Shown in pieces: positions 9,755-18,320 of a DNA stretch of 64,000 nt (its first letter is position 1; each line of letters begins with the position of its first letter). The DNA lies in assembly GCA_963783885.1 (NCBI GenBank), contig CAWAPJ010000012.1:31781-95780 (forward strand), in the 5' to 3' direction. The notes beneath the pieces were generated by a model, which had not been told where the DNA came from, did no database searches, and was given only the letters and a program-made list of their open reading frames with translations. The stretch comes from Waddliaceae bacterium (GTDB lineage: Bacteria > Chlamydiota > Chlamydiia > Chlamydiales > SLFE01). The position numbers were made by a program, and so were the translations under genes.

Positions 9755-11070
9755 AACCAGATCAAAACACCTATTCAATGTTTGCCGGATTCTTTATTCC
9801 GATGGCATTGATTTATGTTTTGATTTCAATGTCTATACACCTGATACAAGACATCCGCGATGTCTATGTCATCCATTTAAGCGGGAGTGAAACACTGGCA
9901 GGAGCAAGACTGGCAACCGATATTATCGGCGCGTCCATCTTTATTTTGCTGCTGATCATCGGACGGCGCTACCCTCTCAGAAAGATCTGCTTTGCCGTCT
10001 TTTTACTTTTTCCGATTTTCATCGGCATCTGGACTCTTTTCCTCATGCCCTTTCAGGAATCTCAGCAGGCGTTGAAAGAGTGGCAGGCAGCGATCTATTA
10101 TATCGGAACTTCTCTTTGGATCGGAGGTTCTTTTTTCTTCTTTTGGGCGTTTGCGAACAATCATTTTTCTTTTAAACAGGCAGGACTTTTCTATCCTTAC
10201 TTTTTTATCATATCACTTCTAATGAATTATCCCCTCAACTCCTATCTCCACCCTTTTATGATGGAGCAATTCAAAAACTACAACCCGAATTATCTGATTA
10301 TCAATCTCAATTTAACCCTGCTTGCCATAGGCATCATCATTTTCGCCATTTATGCCTCCATTGATTACCTGCTCCCCCGTATAAGGCATTCTCTGGAATT
10401 GCGAAATGAAAAAGTAGACCGTCTCTTTGGCCTAAGCTATCGCTTAGTGATCGGACTGTTTATGTTTGCTATCGCTTTTCTGACAACATTGACAACTTAC
10501 TGGCTTCAGGTAACATCGCGACTTGAATACCCCTACGCCGCTGGCAGAGAGCCCTTGATATCGGCTCTTGGGGTTACAGTCCACGCCACTAACCTGATCT
10601 CTATCGTTTTTCTGATCCCCCTCTCTTTCTACCTTTACCACAGCTTGGGAAAGGCATGGCGTACCATAGCTTATGCCGCAGCAGGAGTCATGACGCTGTG
10701 TTCGATCATTTGGTACTCGCTGGCTTTTAGCCGCATTGTTTTTCCGGATATTCTAGACGCCGCAAGCGCTCATCATGTTATTTTCGCTTTCATCACCCCG
10801 TTTGTCTTTGTATTGAAAGAAATGTCGTTTATCGTCGTGCCTAAGGCTATCAGATTCATCACAAAAACCTGGGTGGATCTGTTTTTCTGGGCTGTCGGTT
10901 TTTTCGGGGCAAGAGTGATTATTGCCGGTTTAACTCTAACATTCGGATCACTCTTCTCTGCTCTTCCTTATTTGTTTATCATCACCCTTGCCGTCCTCTT
11001 TATTCTTATCGGAGCCGCTCACATTGCAGGAAAACGAATTCAAACTTTTACAGAGCATTTATATTTATGA
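9751..11070 (+). CDS. Divergent nucleotide-transporter (NTT/TLC)-like carrier
   Basis: Multi-TM; FWAFAN...A..FYP.F and KEMSFI...K.WVD echo NTT FWGFAN..EAKRFYPLF and KEMAYIP..K...D. Confidence 0.7.
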   Translation: MKPDQNTYSMFAGFFIPMALIYVLISMSIHLIQDIRDVYVIHLSGSETLAGARLATDIIGASIFILLLIIGRRYPLRKICFAVFLLFPIFIGIWTLFLMPFQESQQALKEWQAAIYYIGTSLWIGGSFFFFWAFANNHFSFKQAGLFYPYFFIISLLMNYPLNSYLHPFMMEQFKNYNPNYLIINLNLTLLAIGIIIFAIYASIDYLLPRIRHSLELRNEKVDRLFGLSYRLVIGLFMFAIAFLTTLTTYWLQVTSRLEYPYAAGREPLISALGVTVHATNLISIVFLIPLSFYLYHSLGKAWRTIAYAAAGVMTLCSIIWYSLAFSRIVFPDILDAASAHHVIFAFITPFVFVLKEMSFIVVPKAIRFITKTWVDLFFWAVGFFGARVIIAGLTLTFGSLFSALPYLFIITLAVLFILIGAAHIAGKRIQTFTEHLYL

Positions 11071-11747
11071 TTGATATTTTCTTATTTTCTTTAATCGCTT
11101 CTGCGGCTCTTCTTGCAAGCGGTGCCATCGGCTCTTGGATACCGATAAGCAAAAAGGCAGCAAGCGCCTTTCAGCACTTTGCGGCCGGAGTGGTCTTTGC
11201 CGCTGTCGCAACCGAACTGCTCCCTTTGGTCGTCTCCTCTCCATTAAAAATCGACATCGCCGCAGGGTTTTTAATCGGCATGGCGGCAATGCTGGGAATA
11301 CGGCTGATTGATCAAAAATCCACTTCTTCTTTCGGAATGGCCGCGGGAATCGGAATCGACCTTTTCGTCGACGGCCTCCTCATCGGCCTGGCCTTTTCCA
11401 CCTCGCAAAAAAGCGGCATACTGATTTTAATCGCCTTAACAATTGAAGTCCTTTCCCTGGGACTCTCCCTCATGCCAACCTTGATTCGAAAAAATCTTTC
11501 GGCAGCATTTAGAGCGGCCTCTTTATTCGTCCTCTGTTCGCTCATCCCCGTCGGAGCGGTCATTGGCGCTTTGGTAATATCAATCATCCCTCATGAATTT
11601 TATGAAGCAGCTCTAGCCTTCGGAGTTTCGGCTCTTTTGTATCTTGTCACAGAAGAACTCCTTGTGGAAGCTCACGAAACTCGGGATACTTTATGGACCA
11701 CAGCGTCCTTTTTTGTAGGATTTTTAGCTATAATGCTCTTGCACTAA
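11067..11747 (+). CDS. ZIP-family metal transporter
   Basis: FQHFAAGVVFAAVATELLP, DLFVDG, LYLVTEELLVEAHE. Confidence 0.85.
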   Translation: MIDIFLFSLIASAALLASGAIGSWIPISKKAASAFQHFAAGVVFAAVATELLPLVVSSPLKIDIAAGFLIGMAAMLGIRLIDQKSTSSFGMAAGIGIDLFVDGLLIGLAFSTSQKSGILILIALTIEVLSLGLSLMPTLIRKNLSAAFRAASLFVLCSLIPVGAVIGALVISIIPHEFYEAALAFGVSALLYLVTEELLVEAHETRDTLWTTASFFVGFLAIMLLH

Positions 11748-11773
11748 AGGCAGTTATTCTCTAAAAATATGTT

Positions 11774-12172
11774 ATGGCTAAAAAATCAATCAGATTTGAC
11801 GGAACGACTGTTTTAGTCGTTGAAGATAATCTAATCAACCAGATTGTCACAAAAGACAGTTTGGAAAAGCTGGGGTGTTTTGTCGATACGGCTGCAAGCG
11901 GTAATGAAGCGTTAGTGCTAGCGGAAAAGCAAGACTACGACTTTATCATCATGGATATTCAAATGCCCGACATGGACGGGTACGAGACGACAAAGCACAT
12001 TCGGGAAAAGCAAAACCCCGACCATCCCCCGATCATCATCGCCCTGACAGCCAACGCTATGCCGGAAGACCGCGAAATTTGCCTAAATGCGGGAATGGAC
12101 GACTATATTGCCAAACCCATCCAGCCGGACACCCTCCGGCAAATGCTTGAAAAACATCTTGTTCAAGAGTGA
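11774..12172 (+). CDS. Single-domain response regulator
   Basis: VVEDN, MDIQMPDMDG, ALTANA, DDYIAKP. Confidence 0.95.
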   Translation: MAKKSIRFDGTTVLVVEDNLINQIVTKDSLEKLGCFVDTAASGNEALVLAEKQDYDFIIMDIQMPDMDGYETTKHIREKQNPDHPPIIIALTANAMPEDREICLNAGMDDYIAKPIQPDTLRQMLEKHLVQE

Positions 12173-13566
12173 ACGACCCTTCCAATTAAATCATACCCTG
12201 CGATATCAGTAATCTCCACAGAATACCACTTGCCAAATGCAGTTACTAAACGGCCGTCATTGATAATGACCTGCCCGTCAATTTCCGGGCACTGGCCCTG
12301 ATGGCGCCCTACCATAAGAAGATTCGATTCCGGATGGTAGCCTTCAACAATTACCTTAAGCGTGGTGCCCACTTTTTTCCTATTCAGCTTTTCCACGACT
12401 TTTTGCTGAATACCTGCCAGACGCCGCTGCCTCTTTCCTTTCATCTTCTCGCTAATTTGATCGGGAAGCGATGCAGCATGGCTCCCCTCTTCTCGAGAAT
12501 ATTGAAAAATGCCGACATTATCGAGAGGGTTTTCCTGAATAAACCGGGAAAGCTCTTCAAACTGTTCTTTTGTTTCTCCGGGAAACCCCGCAATAAGACT
12601 CGTTCTGATTGTCATCCCGGGAATTTCGCTGCGAAGTTTCCCAATAATAGTCATGATGTCTTCTTTGCTTGTCGTCCGCCTCATCGCTTTTAAAAGATCG
12701 TTATTGACATGCTGCAAAGGCATATCAAGATAGCGGCAAATACGAGAGTCTTTTTTCATAATATCGATGAGCTCATCACCGATTTCATCGGGATACAGAT
12801 AAAGAAGGCGCAGCCAGAAATCCCGAGTATCTTTGAGGAGCTCCTTCAGCAAAGCGGCAAGCCCCTCGGCTTTCCGATACCCCCTGTCTTTTCCCCAATC
12901 TCCCAAATCCTGGGCGATCAGGATGATCTCTTTGACTCCCTGATCGAGAAGAATTCCGAACTCCTTTTTAATCCTGTCTATCGGCTTGCTTTTTAACGGT
13001 CCCTTGATATCGGGGATGATGCAGTATGCGCACCGTTTGCGGCAGCCTTCGGCTATTTTCAAATAAGCGTAATGTTTGGGCGTTGAGATCTGCCTGGGAA
13101 CCTCTCCGGCCTCCAGATAGCTTTTTGCTGAAGTTATGTCCGCTCCCATCTCTTCAGATTCGACAGCTTTCAAAATGCCCTCGACATCACCGGACCCCAA
13201 AAAATAATCCACTCCAGGATGGGTTTGCCTGATATCTTCGCTATGGGTCTGGACCATGCATCCCGCTACGATGACTTTTGCTTCTGATTTTTTCCCGCTT
13301 AAAACCTCGTCGATAGTGGCAAGAGACTCATCTCTGGAGGCCTTCAAAAACCCGCAGGTGTTGACGATAATATAATCGGCCCCCTCCATATCTTCGGCAA
13401 CTTCATAACCATTCTTGAGCAATATTCCCAGCATGACCTCAGTATCCACCAGATTGCGTGGACACCCTAGGCTGATAAAATGTATGCGGTTTCCCCGCAC
13501 ACGAAATCCTCGCTTGGGTTTTTTTTCCTGGGGAAAAGAAGCGTCTTCTTGGTACATTTTCAACAT
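12163..13566 (-). CDS. rimO: Ribosomal protein S12 methylthiotransferase
   Basis: SLGCPRNLVD, NTCGF, radical-SAM CRKRCAYC, C-terminal TRAM PEIDG. Confidence 0.95.
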   Translation of the reverse strand: MLKMYQEDASFPQEKKPKRGFRVRGNRIHFISLGCPRNLVDTEVMLGILLKNGYEVAEDMEGADYIIVNTCGFLKASRDESLATIDEVLSGKKSEAKVIVAGCMVQTHSEDIRQTHPGVDYFLGSGDVEGILKAVESEEMGADITSAKSYLEAGEVPRQISTPKHYAYLKIAEGCRKRCAYCIIPDIKGPLKSKPIDRIKKEFGILLDQGVKEIILIAQDLGDWGKDRGYRKAEGLAALLKELLKDTRDFWLRLLYLYPDEIGDELIDIMKKDSRICRYLDMPLQHVNNDLLKAMRRTTSKEDIMTIIGKLRSEIPGMTIRTSLIAGFPGETKEQFEELSRFIQENPLDNVGIFQYSREEGSHAASLPDQISEKMKGKRQRRLAGIQQKVVEKLNRKKVGTTLKVIVEGYHPESNLLMVGRHQGQCPEIDGQVIINDGRLVTAFGKWYSVEITDIAGYDLIGRVVHS

Positions 13567-13807
13567 GCGGCACTCCTATTTTGGCTAATAATTGTAACAG
13601 ACCCAGAGATTTATTTCATGGGAGATTCGGTAAGAATTTTTTTTTTCACAACTATATTATTGCTGTATTGCAAAAAAATCTCTGACAATTAGAATGATAT
13701 AAGGCGCCTTTCGAGTCTTTTGGGAGACCTGCCCGGACTGAAAGCAAAAAGATTTTGAGAAATCTCAAAGTTTCACAATTTACAATGGATTCAAGAAAAT
13801 CGTCTAA

Positions 13808-15040
13808 ATGAGGCTCGAAAGTATGACAAACAACCCCAAACGAATCCTGCTCACTGGAGGCAGATCCACGATTACTCTTGATATCGCAAGGAGTTTTCAT
13901 TCCGCAGGACATACAGTTTATGTCGCCGACTCCCACAAAATGCATATATGCCGCTTCTCGAATGCCGTGAAAAAAAACTTTTGGATACGCAGTCCGAGAT
14001 TCCACACCGAAGAGTTCATCGACGACCTCAATAAAATTATTGAGGAGCATCATATTGACATGCTGATTCCGACATGCGAAGAAACGATTTACGTATCCTA
14101 TGGGCTGGACAAATTCCCCGAGTCTTGCGAAGTTTTTTGCGAACCCTTCTGCCAGTTAAATACCCTGCACAGCAAATGGCTCTTTATGCAACAGCTCAAA
14201 GAGCTTGGATTCGAAATCCCTGAAACAACTCTAATTCAAAGCAAAGAAGATCTCGAAAACCTCAGACTTCCTTACTCCTATGCCTTGAAAGCTACTTACT
14301 CGCGCGCCTGCCAGCATATCATGAAGGTCGAGTCCGGATCTCTCCCCCCGGATATTCATATCGATTCCTACAATCCTTGGATTGCTCAAAAATGGATTGA
14401 AGGAAAGAAATATTGCACATACAGCATCGCAAAAAAAGGGAAGATTTACGCCCACTCCATATACCCTGTCGGATTTACACTTGAAGGAAGTTCATGCATT
14501 ACCTTCGAAGCGGTGCGCCACCCCAAAATACTTGAATGGGTCAAGCAATTTGCGGAAAAAACCAAGTTTACCGGACATTTAGCCTTTGATTTCATTGAAA
14601 CAGATGAAGGCAAGCTCTATTCGATAGAGTGCAATCCCAGAGCCACGCATGGACTTCATTTATTTAGCGACGATGATGATATTTACCAGGCATTCTTTGG
14701 AGAGAATACGGAATTGAAACAGCCCAAAGAAGGGACTATCAAGCAAATAGCTCTAGGAATGATGGCATTTGGATGGAGATCGGTCAACCGCAATCCCTAC
14801 CTGCCGAAATTTCTGGATAAATTCTTTGCAGCGACAGATGTCGTCTATAGCAAGCACGACCTGAAACCGTTTTTCCTCATGGGTCTTCTTTTCCCCATGT
14901 ACTGGTATATGGGAAAAAAGGCTAATTTATCTATTCCAGCCGTCTTCACGCACGACATTGAGTGGAACGGCGAAAGAATACAGATGGAAGAACACCATGC
15001 AGCCTGCTGCCCTCCCAAGAAAGAATTGAATATGGTTTAG
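13808..15040 (+). CDS. ATP-grasp domain protein
   Basis: LLTGGR, LIPTCEE, LHSKW.F, IECNPRATHG. Confidence 0.85.
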   Translation: MRLESMTNNPKRILLTGGRSTITLDIARSFHSAGHTVYVADSHKMHICRFSNAVKKNFWIRSPRFHTEEFIDDLNKIIEEHHIDMLIPTCEETIYVSYGLDKFPESCEVFCEPFCQLNTLHSKWLFMQQLKELGFEIPETTLIQSKEDLENLRLPYSYALKATYSRACQHIMKVESGSLPPDIHIDSYNPWIAQKWIEGKKYCTYSIAKKGKIYAHSIYPVGFTLEGSSCITFEAVRHPKILEWVKQFAEKTKFTGHLAFDFIETDEGKLYSIECNPRATHGLHLFSDDDDIYQAFFGENTELKQPKEGTIKQIALGMMAFGWRSVNRNPYLPKFLDKFFAATDVVYSKHDLKPFFLMGLLFPMYWYMGKKANLSIPAVFTHDIEWNGERIQMEEHHAACCPPKKELNMV

Positions 15041-15046
15041 TTTGGA

Positions 15047-15416
15047 TTAGGCTGATTTATTTAGCCAATTTCCAATTTCTTGGGCAACTATTTCCAATGC
15101 TGCATCAGAGTACATAATTCCAAGATGTCCGACGCGTGAAACGGTATATTCTTTATCAGGATCATTTTGAAAATGAGCCGACTCCACCGGGACCAGGCCA
15201 TCCCTATCGCCACGGATAGTGACAACTTCCACTTGATTGAGCTTCTTTTCCCATTTTGGAAAATTTTCCTCTAATTCAGGCTTCATATTCTCGCAATACC
15301 AGTCAAAGGGATTTTTAAAATAATGAATCCTCCTTGCGACCGCGACGATTTTAGAGATAGGTAACTGACAATCTTCACATGCCAGTTTAACGGCACTGAC
15401 TCCGCCTAGGCTATGA
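15047..15416 (-). pseudogene. C-terminal remnant of an alpha/beta hydrolase interrupted by IS at the HSLGG nucleophile motif
   Basis: HSLGG, DGLVP and GHLGI triad pieces; the N-terminal half is not found after the IS. Confidence 0.75.
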
Positions 15417-15624
15417 TGTATCGCCACCATTTATTTGGACACAAATTTGGCTTAAGGGTGAGATTTTTCCAAACCTCTCAAGCCGCCTCCCATGTCGGAC
15501 TCTAGCTAAGTTCAGCGATTCGTCAAGGATTCCCTTCGGCTCGCTTCGCTCGTCCTGGACTTCATCGCTGCCCTTAGCAATTTTGCCTTCCATCGGTTGC
15601 GTCTTAAGAGTTTTGTTAAATCTC

Positions 15625-16515
15625 TTATGCTGCATATTTAAACTCCCAGTTTTGGCGAGCTTCTCTAGGGCTGCAGTAGCCTAGCTTCTCAAGTAACCAT
15701 TCATTGTTATAATCCTCTACAAATGACTGAATGGCTCGTCTGACCTCATCAAGATTTTTAAAAACTCGACCATGCACACATTGCTCCTTCATCGTTCGAT
15801 GAAATCGCTCTTCCACCCCGTTGGTTTCAGGCTCGCCTACTAAGGCATAGCTAAAGTTAAAGCCCCAGTATTTAGCCTCATTCCGATACTCATTGGCTGT
15901 GAAGACCGATCCATGATCTGGTCTTAGACTGATCCCTCTAGCGATACCTGGCATTAGCTCTCCGCAACCAGACCTTACAGCATTTCGTAACACCTCCATC
16001 GCAGCGTGTCGATCGCCACGTTTGGTGACGTGCCACCCAAGACACTCGGAATTCCAGTGGTCAGTGACACCGAAGTACCAAATCCATCCATCATCCTCGG
16101 TCCAGATCTTTACTGCATCTGTTGCCCACATATCGTTGGGAACATCTGTCACGATTCTGCCATCATGTTTTTTTGCCTTTCCTTGGAAACTGCGATGTGG
16201 AGATAGAATATTAGCCTCTCTCATAAGTTTCAAAATCCTGTTTCTCCCTACGCTGATCCCATGATTCCGCCTCAATCGAGCCCATACTTTCCGGTGTCCT
16301 TCGCCCGTAAACTTACTCTCTTCAATATCACTACGAATCCACTCAAGGAGGTCTTCATCAGCCATCCAAGGAGTGGGTCCCGGCTTTCTTGTAACGGTGT
16401 CTTTTTGCTTTCTTGCTCTTGCGTTGTAGACGGTTGAGCGAGTTATACCCCAAACCCGGCAGACTCGCTGTAATCCGTATACGCGTCCAGTTGATGAAGA
16501 GCTGGAGGTGCTCAT
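15625..16515 (-). CDS. IS OrfB DDE transposase (rve integrase core)
   Basis: WATD, DHGS.F, NG.EERFHRT.K. Confidence 0.92.
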   Translation of the reverse strand: MSTSSSSSTGRVYGLQRVCRVWGITRSTVYNARARKQKDTVTRKPGPTPWMADEDLLEWIRSDIEESKFTGEGHRKVWARLRRNHGISVGRNRILKLMREANILSPHRSFQGKAKKHDGRIVTDVPNDMWATDAVKIWTEDDGWIWYFGVTDHWNSECLGWHVTKRGDRHAAMEVLRNAVRSGCGELMPGIARGISLRPDHGSVFTANEYRNEAKYWGFNFSYALVGEPETNGVEERFHRTMKEQCVHGRVFKNLDEVRRAIQSFVEDYNNEWLLEKLGYCSPREARQNWEFKYAA

Positions 16516-16835
16516 TACTTCGACCTCCTCAATACTAAAGGGCCTTTCTTTTTTACCTGCCGTTTTAGTAGCTCATTTTCCATGGACAGCTCACCTATCT
16601 GCTCTTTAGCTCTGGCTAGCAAAGCGTCCTTTGGATCGTTTACCCTCTGCTTAAAGCCTTCCTCAAGGTGGACCAAAGCTTCCTCTCGCCACTCATTGAC
16701 GATATGGACAGCCACGCCTACGGCGCGGCTGACATCATCTATTGCCTCACCTCGGAAAAGCCGTAGTACAACCTCTGCTTTTCGTTTGGCGCTCCATCTC
16801 TTTACTGTCTTATCCGTACAATCTGTTGTTCTCAT
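16515..16835 (-). CDS. IS OrfA (HTH + coiled coil)
   Basis: RWSAKRKAEVVLRL; TAATG overlap with OrfB; A-AAA-AAG slippery site with an open -1 frame into OrfB. Confidence 0.88.
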   Translation of the reverse strand: MRTTDCTDKTVKRWSAKRKAEVVLRLFRGEAIDDVSRAVGVAVHIVNEWREEALVHLEEGFKQRVNDPKDALLARAKEQIGELSMENELLKRQVKKKGPLVLRRSK

Positions 16836-16919
16836 TGTGTTTCTCCTTGAAAACGATTGGGTATTTTACCCCAAATCAGTGTCCAAGTAAACTGGTGGCA
16901 TTATACCGCCTAGGCTATG

Positions 16920-17076
16920 ACCCTGATTGCTACCTAAACTTGTTGTTAAAATCTTTCGTTGGATTCAGATGCGTAGACTCGATTTGAAGGCAAGGGTAAT
17001 CCCTTGCCGATAATCGAGGCTTAGCAGATGAATTCAATGAAAGATTTTAACGACAAGTTTAGGTAGCAATCAGGGT
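16920..17076. mobile_element. 157-bp palindromic MITE of the IS982-family element
   Basis: Both ends are ACCCTGATTGCTACCTAAAC; the whole element folds back around GGCAAGGG-TAAT-CCCTTGCC; near-identical to 45341-45477. Confidence 0.88.
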
Positions 17077-17179
17077 CTCAGTATCATAAGCTCCATCTCC
17101 ATAGGTGTGCTTAACAGATTTCGGCATTGCTTCGAGAAGCTTTGGATATACTTCACAATCAGCAATTTTATTTTCAGTA

Positions 17180-17404
17180 AGAATGGCGATTTAGCCGGCT
17201 ATTGCTTAAAATAGCTCTGAATAATCGTAATCTTTTACATAAATATCTGGACATTTTATAGTTACAAGAAAAATATTTTGCTGATAAAATAGCAAAAGTT
17301 ATCACTTCTGCGTTGGACATTTGAGATTGAGGATCGTCTTTAATCCCCAAAATTCGAAGGATTTCTTCGCTGATGACATAAACTGTTGTTGCGTAAGTTT
17401 CCAT
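17180..17404 (-). pseudogene. IS982 transposase N-terminal fragment
   Basis: METYATTVYVISEE...SRLNR, near-identical to 45520-45740. Confidence 0.85.
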
Positions 17405-17799
17405 GCTGCCTAACCTTCCACTCACCTTCTCCATATACTTTCAAACCGGTTGAATCGATTACAATATCGGTTACATTTTTTCCAGAAAGCTTTTTCAATT
17501 CTTGTCCAAGCAATCAGGGTTCAAGGGGAGATAAAAAACCGATCGAATAATGAGCGCGGCGAGAATAGCGTCATCAGAATAGAGTTTTGGACGACCCTTT
17601 TTTCCTATTTCTTTTGGAGCAGTCCACTTTTTGATAGCATCTTCAGAAAACCAAACAGTTATGTTTCCCCTTTGAATATATTCGTTCCAGTTGCGAATGC
17701 GATATTTTGCCTTCATCTTGATCCTTCAATTTGTTACAAAAAAAATTAGAGTATTAGGTATTTGTCGGCAAGCTCGTATTCGCCCTTTTTGGAGAAAAG

Positions 17800-18195
17800 A
17801 TGACCAGTACTCACTCAACTAATGAAGCCAACCAAAAAAGAGATGACCTTCTAACAGGTAAAATCATAGGTGCTGCGATTGAAGTTCACCGAAGATTAGG
17901 TCCAGGCTTGCTTGAATCAACATACGAAACCTGTCTTTGCTACGAATTGAACCTTGCGGGTTTGAAAGTTAACCGGCAGATACCAGTACCTAATAAAAAA
18001 CTAGACTCAGGCTACCGGATCTATATGATAGTGGAAGATAAGGTTATTTTGGAGATAAAATCTGTGGCTAATCTCTTGCCTGTGCATGAAGCCCAACTTC
18101 TATCATATCTTAAGCATAATGGTGGTGGCAGGGGTTTGCTTATCAATTTCAATGTAAAACTTCTTAAAAATGGGATTAGGCGACTAATCATTTAA
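17800..18195 (+). CDS. GxxExxY protein (PD-(D/E)XK-like), probably degenerate
   Basis: EVHRRLGPGLLESTYE, LEIKSV, HEAQLLSYLK, GLLINF; short internal deletion and Y at the usual catalytic D. Confidence 0.88.
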   Translation: MTSTHSTNEANQKRDDLLTGKIIGAAIEVHRRLGPGLLESTYETCLCYELNLAGLKVNRQIPVPNKKLDSGYRIYMIVEDKVILEIKSVANLLPVHEAQLLSYLKHNGGGRGLLINFNVKLLKNGIRRLII

Positions 18196-18320
18196 TTCCT
18201 CTCTCATAATCTCTCAGTGAGCTCGGTGATCTCAGTGGTGATTTATGCAGCAACGCCCCTGCTCGCTCTACCTGCATTCATATCACATTTTTTTGGGCGA
18301 TACTATAACATAAGCAAATT

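Larger units (their letters stand above)
15417..16905 (-). mobile_element. IS3/IS481-like element, intact copy, 15-bp direct repeats
   Basis: IRs TGTATCGCCACCATTTATTTGGACAC / TATAATGCCACCAGTTTACTTGGACAC; CCGCCTAGGCTATGA at 15402-15416 and 16906-16920. Confidence 0.92.
17077..18257 (-). mobile_element. Fragmented IS5-family (IS903 group) element with embedded IS982 pieces and a passenger gene
   Basis: Minus-strand fragments YRIRNW.EY..RG.IT.W, IDSTGLKVYGEGEWKVRQHG, GDGAYDT; end GGCGTTGCTGCATAAATC at 18257-18240 resembles the IS903 IR. Confidence 0.8.

Noticed and set aside
13808-15040. ATP-grasp RiPP or peptide biosynthetic cluster
   Set aside because: No precursor peptide or partner enzymes adjacent.
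15411-15635. 74-98 aa ORF in the IS 3' end (also 60013-60309)
   Set aside because: Runs out of the element into different flanks and overlaps the hairpin; better explained as non-coding structure.
15460-17076. Integron attC sites or an RNA-guided (TnpB/IS110) system
   Set aside because: No integron integrase, TnpB/IscB or IS110 recombinase in the window, and no visible guide-target match.
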